DNA of 64,000 nucleotides, from positions 183,765 through 247,764 of the forward strand of contig NIVC01000055.1 in assembly GCA_002269645.1 (NCBI GenBank). The letters run 5' to 3'. A program made the position numbers and the translations under genes. Shown here in pieces: positions 24,982-38,969 of the stretch (positions are counted from its first letter, which is position 1; every line of letters begins with the position of its first letter). The notes beneath the pieces were generated by a model. It was given only the letters and a program-made list of their open reading frames with translations, was not told the DNA's origin and searched no databases. This stretch comes from Macrostomum lignano (Eukaryota).

Positions 24982-27668
24982 ACATCGATAACTTAACCTC
25001 TCTCTTCTATAGGTCATGACCCGAGATCCCATGCGCAATCTAGAAAGTGGGCACAGGGAGTGAGTCCATATTTAATGGATGCATTGAGCCCCAACATCCG
25101 GGAGCCGGGACGCCAGAATAATTATTTCTCTCCATGCTCGGGCTAGCAGAAATCAATCTGTGCTCCCTGAATCTTTTCTCAGCGACAGCAAATACACATA
25201 CAGCACACCGAAACACACTCGCATTCTTAGAAATCACCCGAGACCTACATGTACAAATAAAGTCATAAACCCATGTCCTTACTTCGTGCTGTAAAACTGT
25301 CATTTGCTAAGAACATGCTATATTTACAAGCCATTCTCCTATGTCATCAATCATGACACGCATCCAAGACCCACAAACCTTGGAGCATTTGACACCCACT
25401 GAACCTTAACAGACCTGGCGCACCAGGCCTTCTCGAAACTGCACTACTCGCTCAATTCCGCAACTGCACGCGTAATTTTTCTGCTTTTAAAGCCCATCCT
25501 AATGACTATTGCTTTCGGTAGTAGCTACCGCTTTAAGCGATCGTCAGATGAACAGAGTGCAGGATGAACAGTTACATGCGTGGTAATCTGATAAAACTAA
25601 AAGTTTTTAACGTTTTTTACACCACATTTTCGTAACCTTCCATTTTTGCCTTCTTTTTGGCAAATGGCAAGCAAAATAGAAAAAAACATATTTGAATTTA
25701 CAAAAAGCAGTATAACATCCCAATATACTACTTAAAAACAAGCTAAAAAGCAAACATTAAATTATAACGCTTTGGAAACATATTCATGCAGGTTTAGTTA
25801 TAAGATTCGCCAAAAATATACTGCATGCTTCGCAACATAAGATCTGATTCTTTAAATTATACAAGATTCATTTTACTAAGACCGAAAAAACACGAATAGC
25901 ATGGTGACAATTTCGGCGTCGTTTAACTTAATTAATAGTTAGGGTTAGCAATGCAGGGCGGTTAAAAATTCTATACAAAAGAAAATTAAAATAAAAACTC
26001 TACTTCTTTATTACTAATGTGCATTATAAAAATTTTAAAAAAATAATTTTTATCATTCATATAAATGAACTTGAACTTAAAGTAATCGTTTAAACTATAA
26101 AATATGACAGTAATTTTGTTTTAAACGGAAAACCTATTTATGGTCAAATTAAACTATACGGTTATTTTTCAGAAAAAGAAAACAAGCGGAATAAAAATCA
26201 TATTTTGGTGTCATCAATAAATTCATCAAAATACTGTTTAAAACGGCGGTAAAAGCGAATTTAGAGTTTCTATTATCTTCTTTGGGTTATTTTGTACATA
26301 TTAAGTCCAAAATTTATGCCTGTCAAATAAATATTTGGTTTAATTAGTCTTTTGACTGTAACTGCAAATGCAGACCATATTATTCATTATTGTTTGGTGT
26401 GCCTTTGGTTAAATTTTCGTATGTATTTTGTGATTTTCCTTGATCAAAATAATTTGACAGCTGCCATTTATTTGTTAGTTATATTGTATGCCATATGTTC
26501 AATTGATTTTAAGTAGCACTAAGCCTGCCTTAAAATGATATTCCATTGTATTGTATCAAAGTATTGTTATTAGGCTAGGCCCCAATGGTCATTGTCAGGA
26601 ACGTGAACCACGTGTGCCAGAATAAATTTTCCCCTTTTTTTCTTCATGCGCCATGGGCCAAAGCAATTTTATTCCTTGTACCATGTGTTGACAGTTGACA
26701 CTTGGGATTGTCAAATCAAATTCTAAAATTTAAAATAAAAGCCTAATATTTAATTTAATGTAATATTATATTAGGCCTAGGCCTATTGCATTTATTGTTT
26801 AGCTAACAAATAGTTTACTATTTTTTACTTAAAAATTGTAAAAAATATATAACTTTGCATGTTTCTTTACTTTCTATAGCCTGCACCATAGTAAGGAAGG
26901 TGGCACAGTATGCGCCAAAATAAATTTTTTGGGGCAATCTGTACGCTGTTTATGCGCCATTTGTGCACCCTCTGTGTGGCGTCTGTGTACCATGTCTGCC
27001 CTTATTTTACATAATTTAGATAATTTATGTATTTTATATAAGTTATGTATTTTATGTAAATTATATATTTTACGACATTTACAAAATTCTTATAATTCAT
27101 GTAGACTCAATATGCTATGCCAGTTTTATGTTAATAAAGATTCTATTTTGATTCCTTATAAACCAAAGTTGTACATAGCACCACATATGTCAGGGACCTT
27201 ATGCACTGCATGCGCGACAGTTATGCGCTACATGCACTAGGGACCTCAGTTTGCACCATGATTATGTGCCGCATACGCCAAGGACCTCAATGTGCACTAT
27301 GATTGTATGCCAAGTGCACTAAGGACCCCTTGTGTAAGTGCCAGAATTTTACCTTGGCCAAGGCCACCTTCTTGACTATAGAGCTTGCAAGCTAGCTATT
27401 ATTATTAAAACTAAAATTGCTATGACTAATTTAAGGCTTCTCAATGCTGTGTAAGTGATAAAAGCCTTTGGCAATTTGCCATAGCAAGATGAACAAGATA
27501 AGTATGCTATCTTTCAACTTTAACATGTTAGTTCTCATGTTATTTATGTGCCACCCTTTGAGTGTTTGCTCTCTCTCTCTCTCTCTAGTATATTATCCCT
27601 TTGGTGCATCACCATTTAGCCCTTCTAGTATACCAACCATGTCAACACTTTTTAAAGCACACTAGATC

Positions 27669-27908
27669 CAGGGTTTTCTTTTTGGCCAGAGACAAGGTGC
27701 AAAATTGCACCCTATGCTCACTTTCAGGGTGCAATTTTAAGGCTCAAAGTGCAATTTCTCTTTTTTTATTCAAAGGTAGTGTAAATAAGGCTTCAATGGA
27801 AAAAATATGTTATGAGACTGCATCTAAACTGCATCCATTTTTCAATTTCAAGGTGCAAATTTAAAATTTAAGGTGCATATGCACACTGCGTACAAAAAAT
27901 AAACCTAG
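27669..27908. mobile_element. hAT-type MITE (240 bp) with an 8-bp target-site duplication
   Basis: ACTAGATC at 27661-27668 and 27909-27916. Imperfect TIRs CAGGGTTTTCTTTTTG / AAAAAATAAACCTAG. Repeated subterminal GGTGCA/TGCACC motifs. Confidence 0.75.
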
Positions 27909-29213
27909 ACTAGATCCATGGCTATCTGTACAAATGTAACTTTTTCTAATGGGAGTTTAATAAAAAATAATTGATATAAGCAATAAGTTGTAAAATGATT
28001 TTTATGTTTAAAATGTAGATTTAATTTAAGCTTTACTTAAATGTTAGGTTCTTAAATAATTAAATAACTAAAGTAAACAATTTAGACTTATTGTCTTATT
28101 AGATTACTTTTGCCAAAAAATTATTAGCTTATTGCCAATTGTTTTTTTTCCAAAATAATATTTTGCTCTACAAGACATTAATTTAGCTAGCTACCTATGT
28201 ATGAAAATTTATTAAAGATTTTTACCATTTAAGTTTAATGGTTTTTTATAGTTATAGGCAATGTTTTTTTAATATTTAATCCCTTTAGCACCAAGCTATT
28301 TCTGAGCCAAAATGTATGTACCATCATAGAAATTTTTTATCAAATGGTGCAAGTTTGAAAAAAATCAGTTGAGCCATTTTTCTGAAATTAATCACAAGTC
28401 TTTTTATGTTTTTAATTGACCTTTTTTATGTAGGGTGTCTTTATTTGGCTTCCCATCCCTGTTTAACAACAACAACAAGTAGGGTGTCTTTATTTAGACA
28501 ATTGAGATTATTGAATTAAAAATAGTCAAAGAATATTTTTAAAAATCTTATTTCAGCCCTAATGATACTATAAATAAAATAATTTTATAAAATACCAAAA
28601 ATGCACTTTTTTTTAAGTGCCATGCCAATATCATATTGATCTGATAAATTATGGTACTGATTTTGTTATTGTCTGTATAATCAAACAATTTTTTCTTCAA
28701 AAAACCTGGCTTTTTAGAATTAACAAATCGTTTTACTTTGCTTAAAGATTGACCTAGTTTTTGTAAATTTGTAAGCATAATATCTTGTCTAACCTCTAGT
28801 ATTAAATGCCATAACAATGTCTATCCAGTGTTGGATTCAAGTTGTGCTTATTGTCCTAGATTTAATTATTTAGCATATATGTACACGAGAGACCAGTCTA
28901 GTTAGTAATAATAGTAGTAACTATCCTATTATACTATGCAAGTAGTATATAAAGCTCAACTACTTTGAAAATAAAATTCATGGCGCAGCTGAAGCAGCCG
29001 CTTGGCCAGGAATGCAGCTGGTTAAATAAGACAGAGACCAGCCAATTGATCAGCCTACTCCCCGCCTGTAAAGAATAGAAACCTAATTCTAAAGCTTGAA
29101 TATTTGTCTTTCACAGAAACACAGATTTGTCTTGTCAAGTCTTTCATCCTCGCTTAGGAGAGTGATTAGTTGTCTTGCTTACTCGGCATCCAAGCGCAGA
29201 AAGGGAGAAATTA

Positions 29214-29888
29214 ATGGACACAGACGAGGACTGCGAGCCGCCTATTGTACGCCTGGGCCTGATGCCGCCGCCTCCGCCTCCGCCGCCTCTGCTGCATCCG
29301 TTTGGCAGCTCCGACTGTTCGGCCGCCTCCAAGCCCGGCTGCTTGACCCTGCTGGCCATGTCCAGCTCGTCCGACTCGTCCAGCTGCTCGGACTCCGACT
29401 CCACGTCAACGCCTAGCGCTCCGGGGCCCGCCGCTCTGGCCTGCGGCAGGTGCAGACTGGCGTTCGACACCTCTTGCGCTTGGCTGGCCCATCTGCAGGT
29501 GTGGAAACTTTTTTGGTGATACTTGCCGGGGGATTGTGCGATTCACAGCCCATTAGGCCCAACCCCCAAGGGCTTGGCCTGACGATTAATAGAAAGTCAA
29601 TTGTGTTTATGGCTGCATTGATTGCATTTGTCACTCCCCTCGCGCACTTTTCAGGACCATCGGCAGCAGGGAATCGGGTCATTATCCTCCGACTGCTCCG
29701 CCGTCCTCACTGAGGTCTGCAGCGCCGCTGTGGACTCGCCGACAGCATCCGCCGCGTCGACGGCCGGCAACCGGCAATCCTCCACCGCCGTAGCTAGCGG
29801 CCAAATTATTGCCGACGTAGCCAACGACGAAGAGATGGCGGCTGAATTGCAGCGAATGCAGCGGCAGAGCTACCTGCAGTATCACCAG

Positions 29889-29920
<32 letters not shown>

Positions 29921-31348
29921 ATTCTATCTGCAGCAGCGCCATCATCAGACGCGCACAACGGAGGAAAACAACTCGGCCGTGCCGTCCTCCCAGGAGCAGC
30001 AGTGTCGCTGCCCGCTGTGCGGCGCCTCCTTTGGTCGGTCGCAGAATCTTGAGAGTCACATCCGGCGCAAGCACATGGGCGCCGAGAGCGTTGTGTGCCC
30101 CGACTGCGGCAAATGCCTGTCTTCAAATTCTTCTCTGAAGAAGCACATGCGCCTGCATTCTGGTGAGTGGCTGGCCTCCTATGGCTTCTGTCTACAATGC
30201 CTCACAGAGATCGCCCTGTTACCCCGTCTCTTAGAAGAGTCATTCCGTTTACATTTGACTTAAACTCCCTAGAAAAAACTCCCTAGCTTCATAAACAGAT
30301 GCTTCGTAGAATTTCCCAATAAACACCTGTCTATATGATATGAGTGGCCCAATAAACACCTGTCTATATGATATGAGTGGCCCAATAAACACCTGTCTAT
30401 ATGATATGAGTGGCCCAATAAACACCTGTCTATATGATATGAGTGGCCCAATAAACACCTGTCTATATGATATGAGTTGTCCAATAAACACCTGTCTATA
30501 TGATATGAGTGGCCCAATAAACACCTGTCTATATGATATGAGTGGCCCAATAAACACCTGTCTATATGATATGAGTGGCCCAATAAACACCTGTCTATAT
30601 GATATGAGTGGCCCAATAAACACCTGCCTATATAATGATGACTAGCTCAATAAACACCTGTCTAATCCATAGGCCATTTCCCCCATCTCCAGGTGAGACG
30701 CCGTTCAGCTGCGACTTCTGCCGGTCGGCATTCCGCCAGAAATGGGAGCTGGAGAAGCACCTGGACTACAGCCACGGCGACAAAGAGCTGGCCTCGGCTG
30801 ACAAGCCGTTCCAATGCAGCCTGTGCGGCCGGGCCTTCATCTATCAGAACAGCTGCAACGCGCACCGCCGCGTGCACCAGCGGGCCTACCAGTGCCCGCA
30901 CTGCGGCATCGGCCTCACCTCTGCCAACGATCTTCGCCGGCACGAGCTGGCGGCCCACCAGCCGCAACAGTGCTGGCCCTACGCCTGCCACCTGTGCCCC
31001 GACCGGTTCAGCCGCAAAGCTCACCTGGACGCTCACCTGGCAGCCTGTCAGCTGCGTCAGCGCCAGAGGCTGCAAGCCAATTATTCTCAGCAGCATCCAA
31101 ATCAGCAGCGGTATCATCATTATAATCATCAAATTGGCGACGACCCCGACCTGCTGCGCTGTCTGCTGCGGGCAGTTGACTCGGCCTCCGGCTCGTCTGC
31201 AACAGCCGCAGCTGGCGGCGCGGTCGGCACCCTCAGCGAACTCGAAGCTTCAACTGATCCGCCAGACTTGAGCCTGCTGAACTCCGTGCTGGACTCGGCG
31301 AACTCGATCGATATTGATGATGTGGCATTCTCTAGCCAACCTCACTGA
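29214..31348 (+). CDS. C2H2 zinc-finger protein (7 fingers, poly-Pro and poly-Gln tracts), 482 aa, 3 exons
   Basis: Exons 29214-29498, 29655-30162, 30693-31348 (phases 0, 1). The first finger CGRC...HLQ|DH is split by intron 1 and the linker HS(G)|ETPF by intron 2. Other fingers: CPLC, CPDC, CDFC, CSLC, CPHC, and a last C2HC finger (CHLC...HLAAC). Confidence 0.92.
30316..30662. repeat. Intronic minisatellite, 33-bp unit (CCCAATAAACACCTGTCTATATGATATGAGTGG)
   Basis: About 10 copies in zinc-finger intron 2. Confidence 0.95.
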
Positions 31349-32469
31349 CTGCAGCCCCTGCACCGCCGCCCCACACCCGCATGCCGCTCTTTCTGTAAGT
31401 CCGGTCTTTCCTGCATCGCGCGCCAGTCTTGAAGGAGATTTTCTTGCAGCCACCAGTCTCTCGCTTTCCCATCTCCTTATATAAACAGAGCAACACGCAC
31501 TGTCTATGTAGGATTGTATAGAAGAAACACAACAGTGTGTAATTAATTATAATCATTTGTATACTACTGCTAATCGCTCTTGTTTCTAGTAGTAATACGC
31601 GGCTGTCTTGTTTATTGTATATCTATATATCTGTATATGCGCATACATTATAGAGGCTGACCCTTTCCCAGCAAAGAAGCTGCTTGTTTGCAATTTCTAC
31701 CGAATATTAATATTGCTTCGGGCATTGCTATTTACTTTTCTGTTTATTTATTTATTTATTCATTCATTAATAGTGTGTCCGCGGCGACCTTTGGACTTTC
31801 TCTCTCTCTTTCTCTTCAACATAATTTGCTTTTGCGAGTGGGCAGGCAGCATAGGCGTGTAAATATTCTGTAGAAATTAGAGCGCTACTATTTACTCAAT
31901 TCTCTACTGCGTGTTTATTATCGTTCGTATACTATTTATAATGCACCATTAATGTACTTTTATTGGCAGTCCGAGTCGGGCTGCTATTTTCGAGAGTTTT
32001 AGCTTCGGCTGGTTATTTGCAGTAATTATAGTAGCCGCTGAAGTTCATTGAAATTGCCCGTTTCTCTTTCTTTGTGTGTTTTTTGGTCCCACATTGCTTT
32101 CAGTAAATTTGCTCCTTTCAAATTTCCTATGAATTATTTCATTTATCAATGATAATTGTTAAAATGCTTTGCTGAATATTGCTGTACATTTATGAATATA
32201 ACTCCCCTTTTGGCAGTTCTCCCAATTGTGGCTCTCTTCTTGTGTATGATACCCCTGTCTCCAAACCCCAATACTGCCTTCTAGTTCTTTTTTGATGTTG
32301 CATTGTGTTGTCCTTTGTGTCTACTTTTACAAATTGTTTCAAGTTTTTTTTAAAGCAGCAATTTTGTTGGCTCTTTATCGGATCTTTCTCTCTTTTTTTG
32401 GCTCGCTGTGCGTTTAAATGCGATTTTCGTGTATAGCGACCGGCTCTGTCTATGCTGGCGTCACCGGGG

Positions 32470-33285
32470 CTGAGCTGCCCTCCAACCCGTGCAGAATCGC
32501 TCTCTACCCTGTGCAGAATCGCCCTCCAACCCGTGCAGAATCGTTCTCTACCCTGTGCAGAATCACCCTCAACCCGTGCAGAATCGCTCTCTACCCTGTG
32601 CAGAATCACCCTCAACCCGTGCAGAATCGCTCTCTACCCTGTGCAGAATCACCCTCAACCCGTTCAGAATCGCTCTCTACCCTGTGCAGAATCACCCTCA
32701 ACCCGTGCAGAATCGCTCTCTACCCTGTGCAGAATCACCCTCAACCCGTGCAGAATCGCTCTCTACCCTGTGCAGAATCGTCCTCCAACCCGTGCAGAAT
32801 CGCTCTCTACCCTGTGCAGAATCGCCCTCCAACCCGTGCAGAATCGCCCTCCAACCCGTGCAGAATCACCCTCCAACCCGTGCAGAACCGGCCTCCAACC
32901 CGTGCAGAATCACCCTCCAACCCGTGCAGAATCACCCTCCAACCCGTGCAGAACCGGCCTCCAACCCGTGCAGAATCGCTCTCTACCCTGTGCAGAATCG
33001 CCCTCCAACCCGTGCAGAATCGCTCTCTACCCTGTGCAGAATCGCCCTCCAACCCGTGCAGAATCGCTCTCTACCCTGTGCAGAATCGCCCTCAAACCCG
33101 TGCAGAATCGCTCTCTACCCTGTGCAGAATCGCCCTCCAACCCGTGCAGAATCGCTCTCTACCCTGTGCAGAATCGCCCTCCAACCCGTGCAGAATCGCT
33201 CTCTACCCTGTGCAGAATCGCCCTCCAACCCGTGCAGAATCGCCCTCCAACCCGTGCAGAATCGCCCTCAAACCCGTGCAGAATG
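32470..33285. repeat. Minisatellite of alternating 21/22-bp subunits (AACCCGTGCAGAATCGCTCTC / TACCCTGTGCAGAATCGCCCTCC)
   Basis: Core GTGCAGAATC repeated about 38 times. Confidence 0.95.
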
Positions 33286-34299
33286 GGCCTCAGCTCCGCT
33301 GTCGCGAGCACCAGCCTGAGTGGCACATTTGCACATGTATTTACTGTGTCCTGCTTGACTCAAACAGTGGCTGTAAATATAATTTTTAGTTAGCAACCGC
33401 TGCTTTTCCTCATAAGCTTTGTAACTGATGCTGAAACCGGCAGGCGCGTTTCTGATTTTTCACGGTTTCCCGATGCTTTCAATCAACACTTTTCTTCTTG
33501 TTCTTGTGTTTTTTTTAAACTAATTGCTTCTGCCCTGACTGTTGCTTTCCGTTGCTGGACTGGAGTCAAACTAATAGGTAGGTTAGAAGGATAACAAAGT
33601 TAACCAACACGGGCAGCGATATTTGCTTGGAATTTTTATTTCAAATTTATCATAATTGCTTTTTGTTTGTTTGTTTTGTTTTTAAAATTAAGTACTTTTA
33701 GGTCTTTCCTGAGCAGCGCTTTTTTCTGTCCGTCTTTCGGCACTGTGTGTTTTTTGCTAATTAGTAGACTAGAATCGGGCACTGGTCATGGTGGGACTTC
33801 AGACTGGGGGGGTCTTGTTATGATAGCGGCTTTAACGGATCACGGAGAACAGGGGATGCAGTTTGCGTTTTACTTCATATCTAAGCCATTATTGCTATGT
33901 CAATTATATTTCACATTATCTGCTTAGCATCCGTTATCTGCATAGTTAAGACTATTATATAAATACATTATAACTACCTGTCTATTTACTTGGCCCATCA
34001 GCAGTTTTTCAGCTTTCACTGTGTCTCTATTTATAAATATTTATTATTTTTTGCTTTCCCTGTCAGTCTTTGTCTGCCCCACCCCCCTCAAATCGCCTCA
34101 TCGCAGCGGTTTTTGTTGATCAGCACACTTGTGTACTAATTTGCACACCTGTTATGTTCATATTCTCATAAATAAACTAATTATTAATGCTATATTGAGC
34201 TAAGTTAGGAGTTTCTACACTTTAAATATTCTGCTTCATATAGCGAAACGGCCAGCTGGAAAATGCATTTGCAAAGTGCTTCATTTTTTCACGACTATC

Positions 34300-34432
34300 C
34301 TCCACCGTGCAGAATCACCCTCTACCCTGCGCAGAATCGCCCTCCACCCCGTGCAGAATCGCCCTCCACCCCGTGCAGAATCGCCATCCATTCCGTGCAG
34401 AATCGCCCTCCACCCCGTGCAGAATCACCCTT
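34300..34432. repeat. Short satellite of the same family as 32470-33285
   Basis: CCGTGCAGAATCGCCCTCCAC-type units, about 6 copies, same orientation. Confidence 0.85.
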
Positions 34433-35269
34433 CATCTCGTAAAATAGTTTATAAGTTGATGACATTTCTCATTCCAAATTTCCCAACACTATAAGTATTC
34501 GTATAATCAATACTACTGATTCGAGCATGACGGTCCAGCAGGTAAAATGCTTCGCAAAATCGAGCTTAGAAAGTGAAGTTTACAAGTCGATTGGGGCAAT
34601 GGAGCACAATTTTGTTTGCTTTGCTTTGCTTTGTGTGCAAACTCTTCTGTAGCCCGTATTCTTTTTTGCCAAGCATATAATGTAGCGATGTGAGCATGCT
34701 CACTTCTATTGGCACTAATTGTGCTCAGAGGCTTGCCCCGAGGTTGAGCTTGAGAGGTTTTCACAGGCCTGCGACTGGACTCCACATAATTCTTGTATGG
34801 TGTCGGCCTGGCTCTCTGCAAGTTGAGCAACTGTCAAAAGTCTCGGGCCAAAATTTCTAACAAAAATGCTTTGACAGCTCGCTTGGCAGGCCCCCTAAGG
34901 ACTGGATCTCTGTAGCTATTAGCCGTTTGACTATAACTGTACGAATGCGCAGAATTGGACAGGGTGAGGAAGAGATAAGAGACTCCAAGTCTTACTCAAG
35001 CGTACTAAAGCTGCTGTCTCTGCGGCCTGTTTGCGAACGGAGAAGAGAGAGAGATACAGTACATGTATCAGTGCAGTTCACTGCAATCCGACCCCAAGTG
35101 GTGCAAATATAATTTTACTCTCGCCAATATTTCACCCTCTCTTACCCTCCTGTTGGTCCCGGCAAGCCAATATCCGCCAAATCCAGGTAAGGTTTACTGC
35201 AGTGTTGCCGTGAATCTCCTGTCCCAGAATCTCCTCTGGCTAGCTGATTATCCGTTCTGTGGAGATTCT

Positions 35270-36030
35270 CGACTCCGCTCTGTACCTTCTCTACTCCGCT
35301 CTGTACCTTCTCTACTCCGCTCTGTTTCTCTACTCCGCTCTGTACCTTCTCTACTCCGCTCTGTACCTTCTCTACTCCGCTCTGTTTCTCTACTCCGCTC
35401 TGTTTCTCTACTCCGCTCTGTACCTTCTCTACTCCGCTCTGTACCTTCTCTACTCCGCTCTGTTTCTCTACTCCGCTCTGTACCTTCTCTACTCCGCTCT
35501 GTACCTACTCTACTCTGCTCTGTACCTTCTCTACTCCACTCTGTACCTACTCTACTCTGCTCTGTACCTTCTCTACTCCACTCTGTACCTACTCTACTCT
35601 GCTCTGTACCTACTCTACTCCGCTCTGTACCTTCTCTACTCCACTCTGTACCTACTCTACTCCGCTCTGTACCTACTCTACTCTGCTCTGTACCTTCTCT
35701 ACTCCGCTCTGTACCTTCTCTACTCCACTCTGTACCTACTCTACTCTGCTCTGTACCTACTCTACTCCGCTCTGTACCTTCTCTACTCCACTCTGTACCT
35801 ACTCTACTCCGCTCTGTACCTACTCTACTCTGCTCTGTACCTTCTCTACTCCGCTCTGTACCTTCTCTACTCCACTCTGTACCTACTCTACTCTGCTCTG
35901 TACCTACTCTACTCCGCTCTGTACCTTCTCTACTCCGTTTTATACCTTCTCTACTCCGTTTTATACCTTGTCTACTCCGCTTTATATCTTGTCTACTCCG
36001 CTCTGTACCTTGTCTACTCCGCTCTGTACC
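35270..36030. repeat. Minisatellite, 21-bp unit (CTCTACTCCGCTCTGTACCTT) with an 18-bp variant
   Basis: Source of the LLRSVPS / LLYSALY ORFs. Confidence 0.95.
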
Positions 36031-37859
36031 TGCTATTCATTGTCTCATTCATTCATCAGTATTGTTTCCCCTTTCAATATCTCTGCCGCATTTCTCATTC
36101 TGTCTCCAAAAAAGAAATCTCCAGCGCTCGCTGCACCTCTCAGTCAGAGGATACTTTATCAATTTAACTTTCAAAACAAGTATTAGCCGTCAGCAGAGTG
36201 AGGCAGACTTACTCTTTCCTGCAGTTGCTGATTGCCCTCTCTGTCTTTTCAGCGGCTCTGAACTCTGCTCTGAGCTCTGCAGAGCCGCTGAGCACGCAGT
36301 TCTCTCGAGCCCTTTGAGCCCCTCGCGCCCTGCAATTTCCGCTCCCCATAATTGCCCGTCCCTAGGGGAGCCTGACCATTTTCTTGCTCAAAGCAATGCC
36401 GGAGGCCGTCAGATCCTCTTTGATGTCAAAAATGCAGCCTAAAAAAGGCAGCGCAATCTCACAAGATGAATTCGCTTTGGATCTAGACAGGCTCAACTAT
36501 ATTTAAATTCGATTAATCATCATTTACTCCCATACTACTTTTAGTAGCTTTTCACCCTTTCCCAGTGCCTCAGTACTTCAGCACCAATCAATCTGGTTAA
36601 TTTTGCTTTCCCTCCCTCTTTTTACCTTCTTTTTTCTGGCAAAATCCCGCCGTGGTCAATGGCAGAAGAAGCTGAGCCCAGGTGCGCCAGCTCTGGGGAA
36701 GAATTTAACCGCCTGTCAATGCCCGCCATCTTCTGAGCTCCCCAGCTCCTCTTCCGCCTCTCCTGAGCACAAGGCTGCGGGAGACGGGGGAGTGGGGGCA
36801 GAAAGTGCGAAGGATTTGGGCAGAGGGGATTTCGCATCTGCCCAGGATACGAGAGAGGGAAGAACTGGATTGAGCTGTGAGGAGTAGAAATCTCCCCTTT
36901 ACCCTCCCTCTTCCCCTCTTCTCCTGCTCGTGCGCTCACAATTTCCCCCCCATGCTCCGCTCCTGCCTCACTGCCCCAAATTCATCTCCCCGCCCCTTCC
37001 AATGCCGCCTCTCCAGGTTTTTTCTCCGGACAAAGGCGAGAGGCCCCCAGCTGCCAGACGCGCGCGAGAGGGTCCCGCATCTCCTCTCTGCCCCATCCCT
37101 TGCAGCTTCATCTCCCAGCTTCTGCGAGGCTGAGCCGCCTCATCCAACCCGTGCTCAGCCAGCCTGCTGCCCCCTACTTGCCCCCCCCCCCTATGAAATT
37201 TCTAGTTCGTCTACTATCGAATCCCGCGTCTCTCCTTTCTCCTAAATATTCGAGTTCAAATTGAGGCGGCAAGTTCGCAGCCTGTTGCTAACCAGCAGAC
37301 CTGCGGCACCTGCCGATCAAGAAATCATTGCAAAGGTGAGCTTTCGACTCTCTGTTATGACAGCACGGCCAACAGAACTGCAGGTTAAGCATTGTTAGCT
37401 GCGGTTAGCACAAATCTAAATAAGACTACTTGCTTCACTCCCTCAGTAACAGCTTCAACGAGTGGGGCAACCCATGACTGCTAGCGATATCTGAGACCTC
37501 GACCGAATCTCTCCGACCCGCTGCCTAACTTCCTCTTGTCAATCTAAAATATTGCTTAATCAATCCCGAATTAAACTAGCTTAATATTGATTCTGTTCCA
37601 TCCCCATCCATCATCAGCTGAGCTGAGCTGACCTTGAGCTGCCTTTTCCCATCGAAGCCTCCGCTTCCCACCTCCCCCACCCCGTTTCCCATAATTCGAA
37701 TCCATCCCATTTTATTAAAATGCCATTTCGGACATTTCAATTTAGAGTGGCTGTGCGCGCAATTTTAGTCGCGAGTCAACAACACGGGAAGAGGGCGGGA
37801 GAGGAAAGTCTGTCTGTAGGCTTAGCGACATTTCTGTGTTCTGACAGCATGCTGCCTTC

Positions 37860-38220
37860 TCTCCACTGTCCTTCTGTCTCTCCCTCTCTCCGTCTCTCCC
37901 TCTCCCTCTCCCCTTTTCCCTCCCCTCTCCCTTTCTTCCTCTACCTCTCCCTCTCTACCTCCCCTTCTCTCCCCTATCTCCCTTTCTCCCTCTCCTTTTC
38001 CTCCCTCTCCCTCTCTCCCTCTCTCTCTCCTCTCCCCTTCTCCCTCTCTCTCTCAATGTCCCTCTCGATCCGTCCCCTCTCCCTCTCTCCCTCTCCATTT
38101 CCCTCTCTCCCTCTCTCTCTCCTCTCCCCTTCTCCCTCTCTCTCTCAATGTCCCTCTTGATCCGTCCCCTCTCCCTCTCTCCCTCTCCATTTCCCTCTCT
38201 CCTTCTCTTTCTCTCCCTCC
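37860..38220. repeat. Polypyrimidine (CT) low-complexity tract
   Basis: Nearly pure C/T, with an internal duplication of ...CTCAATGTCCCTCT(C/T)GATCCGTCCCCTCT.... Confidence 0.85.
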
Positions 38221-38969
38221 CTCATGGTTAAGAAATGAAATTAAAAATCAGACAGCTAATAAAGTTTCAACTTTTCCAGTTCGAAAATCTCTCAGCCATC
38301 TACAGCCAGAAGTTTCTCTCAGAGTTAAATCCCAAAGCGCAAGGGCAGGCCAGTTTGCCCTATTGATCCTGTCAGCAGCTCGCCCTCGGGTTAGGATGGG
38401 GCAGCTTCATCTGGGATTCGGCTTCAAATTCTATTTGTATCCGGGATTTTCCGCTCAAATACAGGGTCGGCCATCTCACTTGATTGCCCTGTTTTTAACG
38501 AATGACTGTGTTTTTTGAAGCATTAAGATTTAAAAATCAATACGCACTTTGCTAGTCAGCTGCAGGGTCGCAAAGCGGTAGTCAAACCCTTAGCCTAGAC
38601 TTGCGATGCGACAACTCACTCTCTCAGTCACCTTCAATCGTGGCTGCCCAGCACCTTCACCCCAAAATCTGAAACTGACTTTGTCTGCGCATCTCTCTCT
38701 CTCGCTCTCTGTTATCTACACAGAGAGTTTTACATCAGAGAGGAGTCTCTATCTCTGGGTTGTTTTCTTATGCGCAACCTCATGAATTATTAATGAGATC
38801 TAGCTCCGCTGTCCGTTCCCCCAGGGTTCAGACAGTTTAAATTTGCGCTATCACGGAGTCGGGAATTGCCTGGCCTTTCTGCACTGATTCTGCTTTCAAA
38901 ATCGGGATATGATGCTTGCTTTTTGAAGCTGCCTTTGCTTCCTAACTTGATTTGTAGCGTGGGGCCCAC

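Noticed and set aside
25020-25400. Possible LINE C-terminal relic (HTETHSH...THVLTSC)
   Set aside because: Needs several frameshifts and stops; resemblance too weak.
28270-28400. TTAATCCCTTT as a piggyBac end
   Set aside because: Mismatch to TTAACCCT and no partner TIR found.
32418-36442. Long repetitive ORFs (323, 313, 276, 459, 302 aa)
   Set aside because: They are translations of 21/22-bp minisatellites, open in several frames at once, with no splice or codon evidence.
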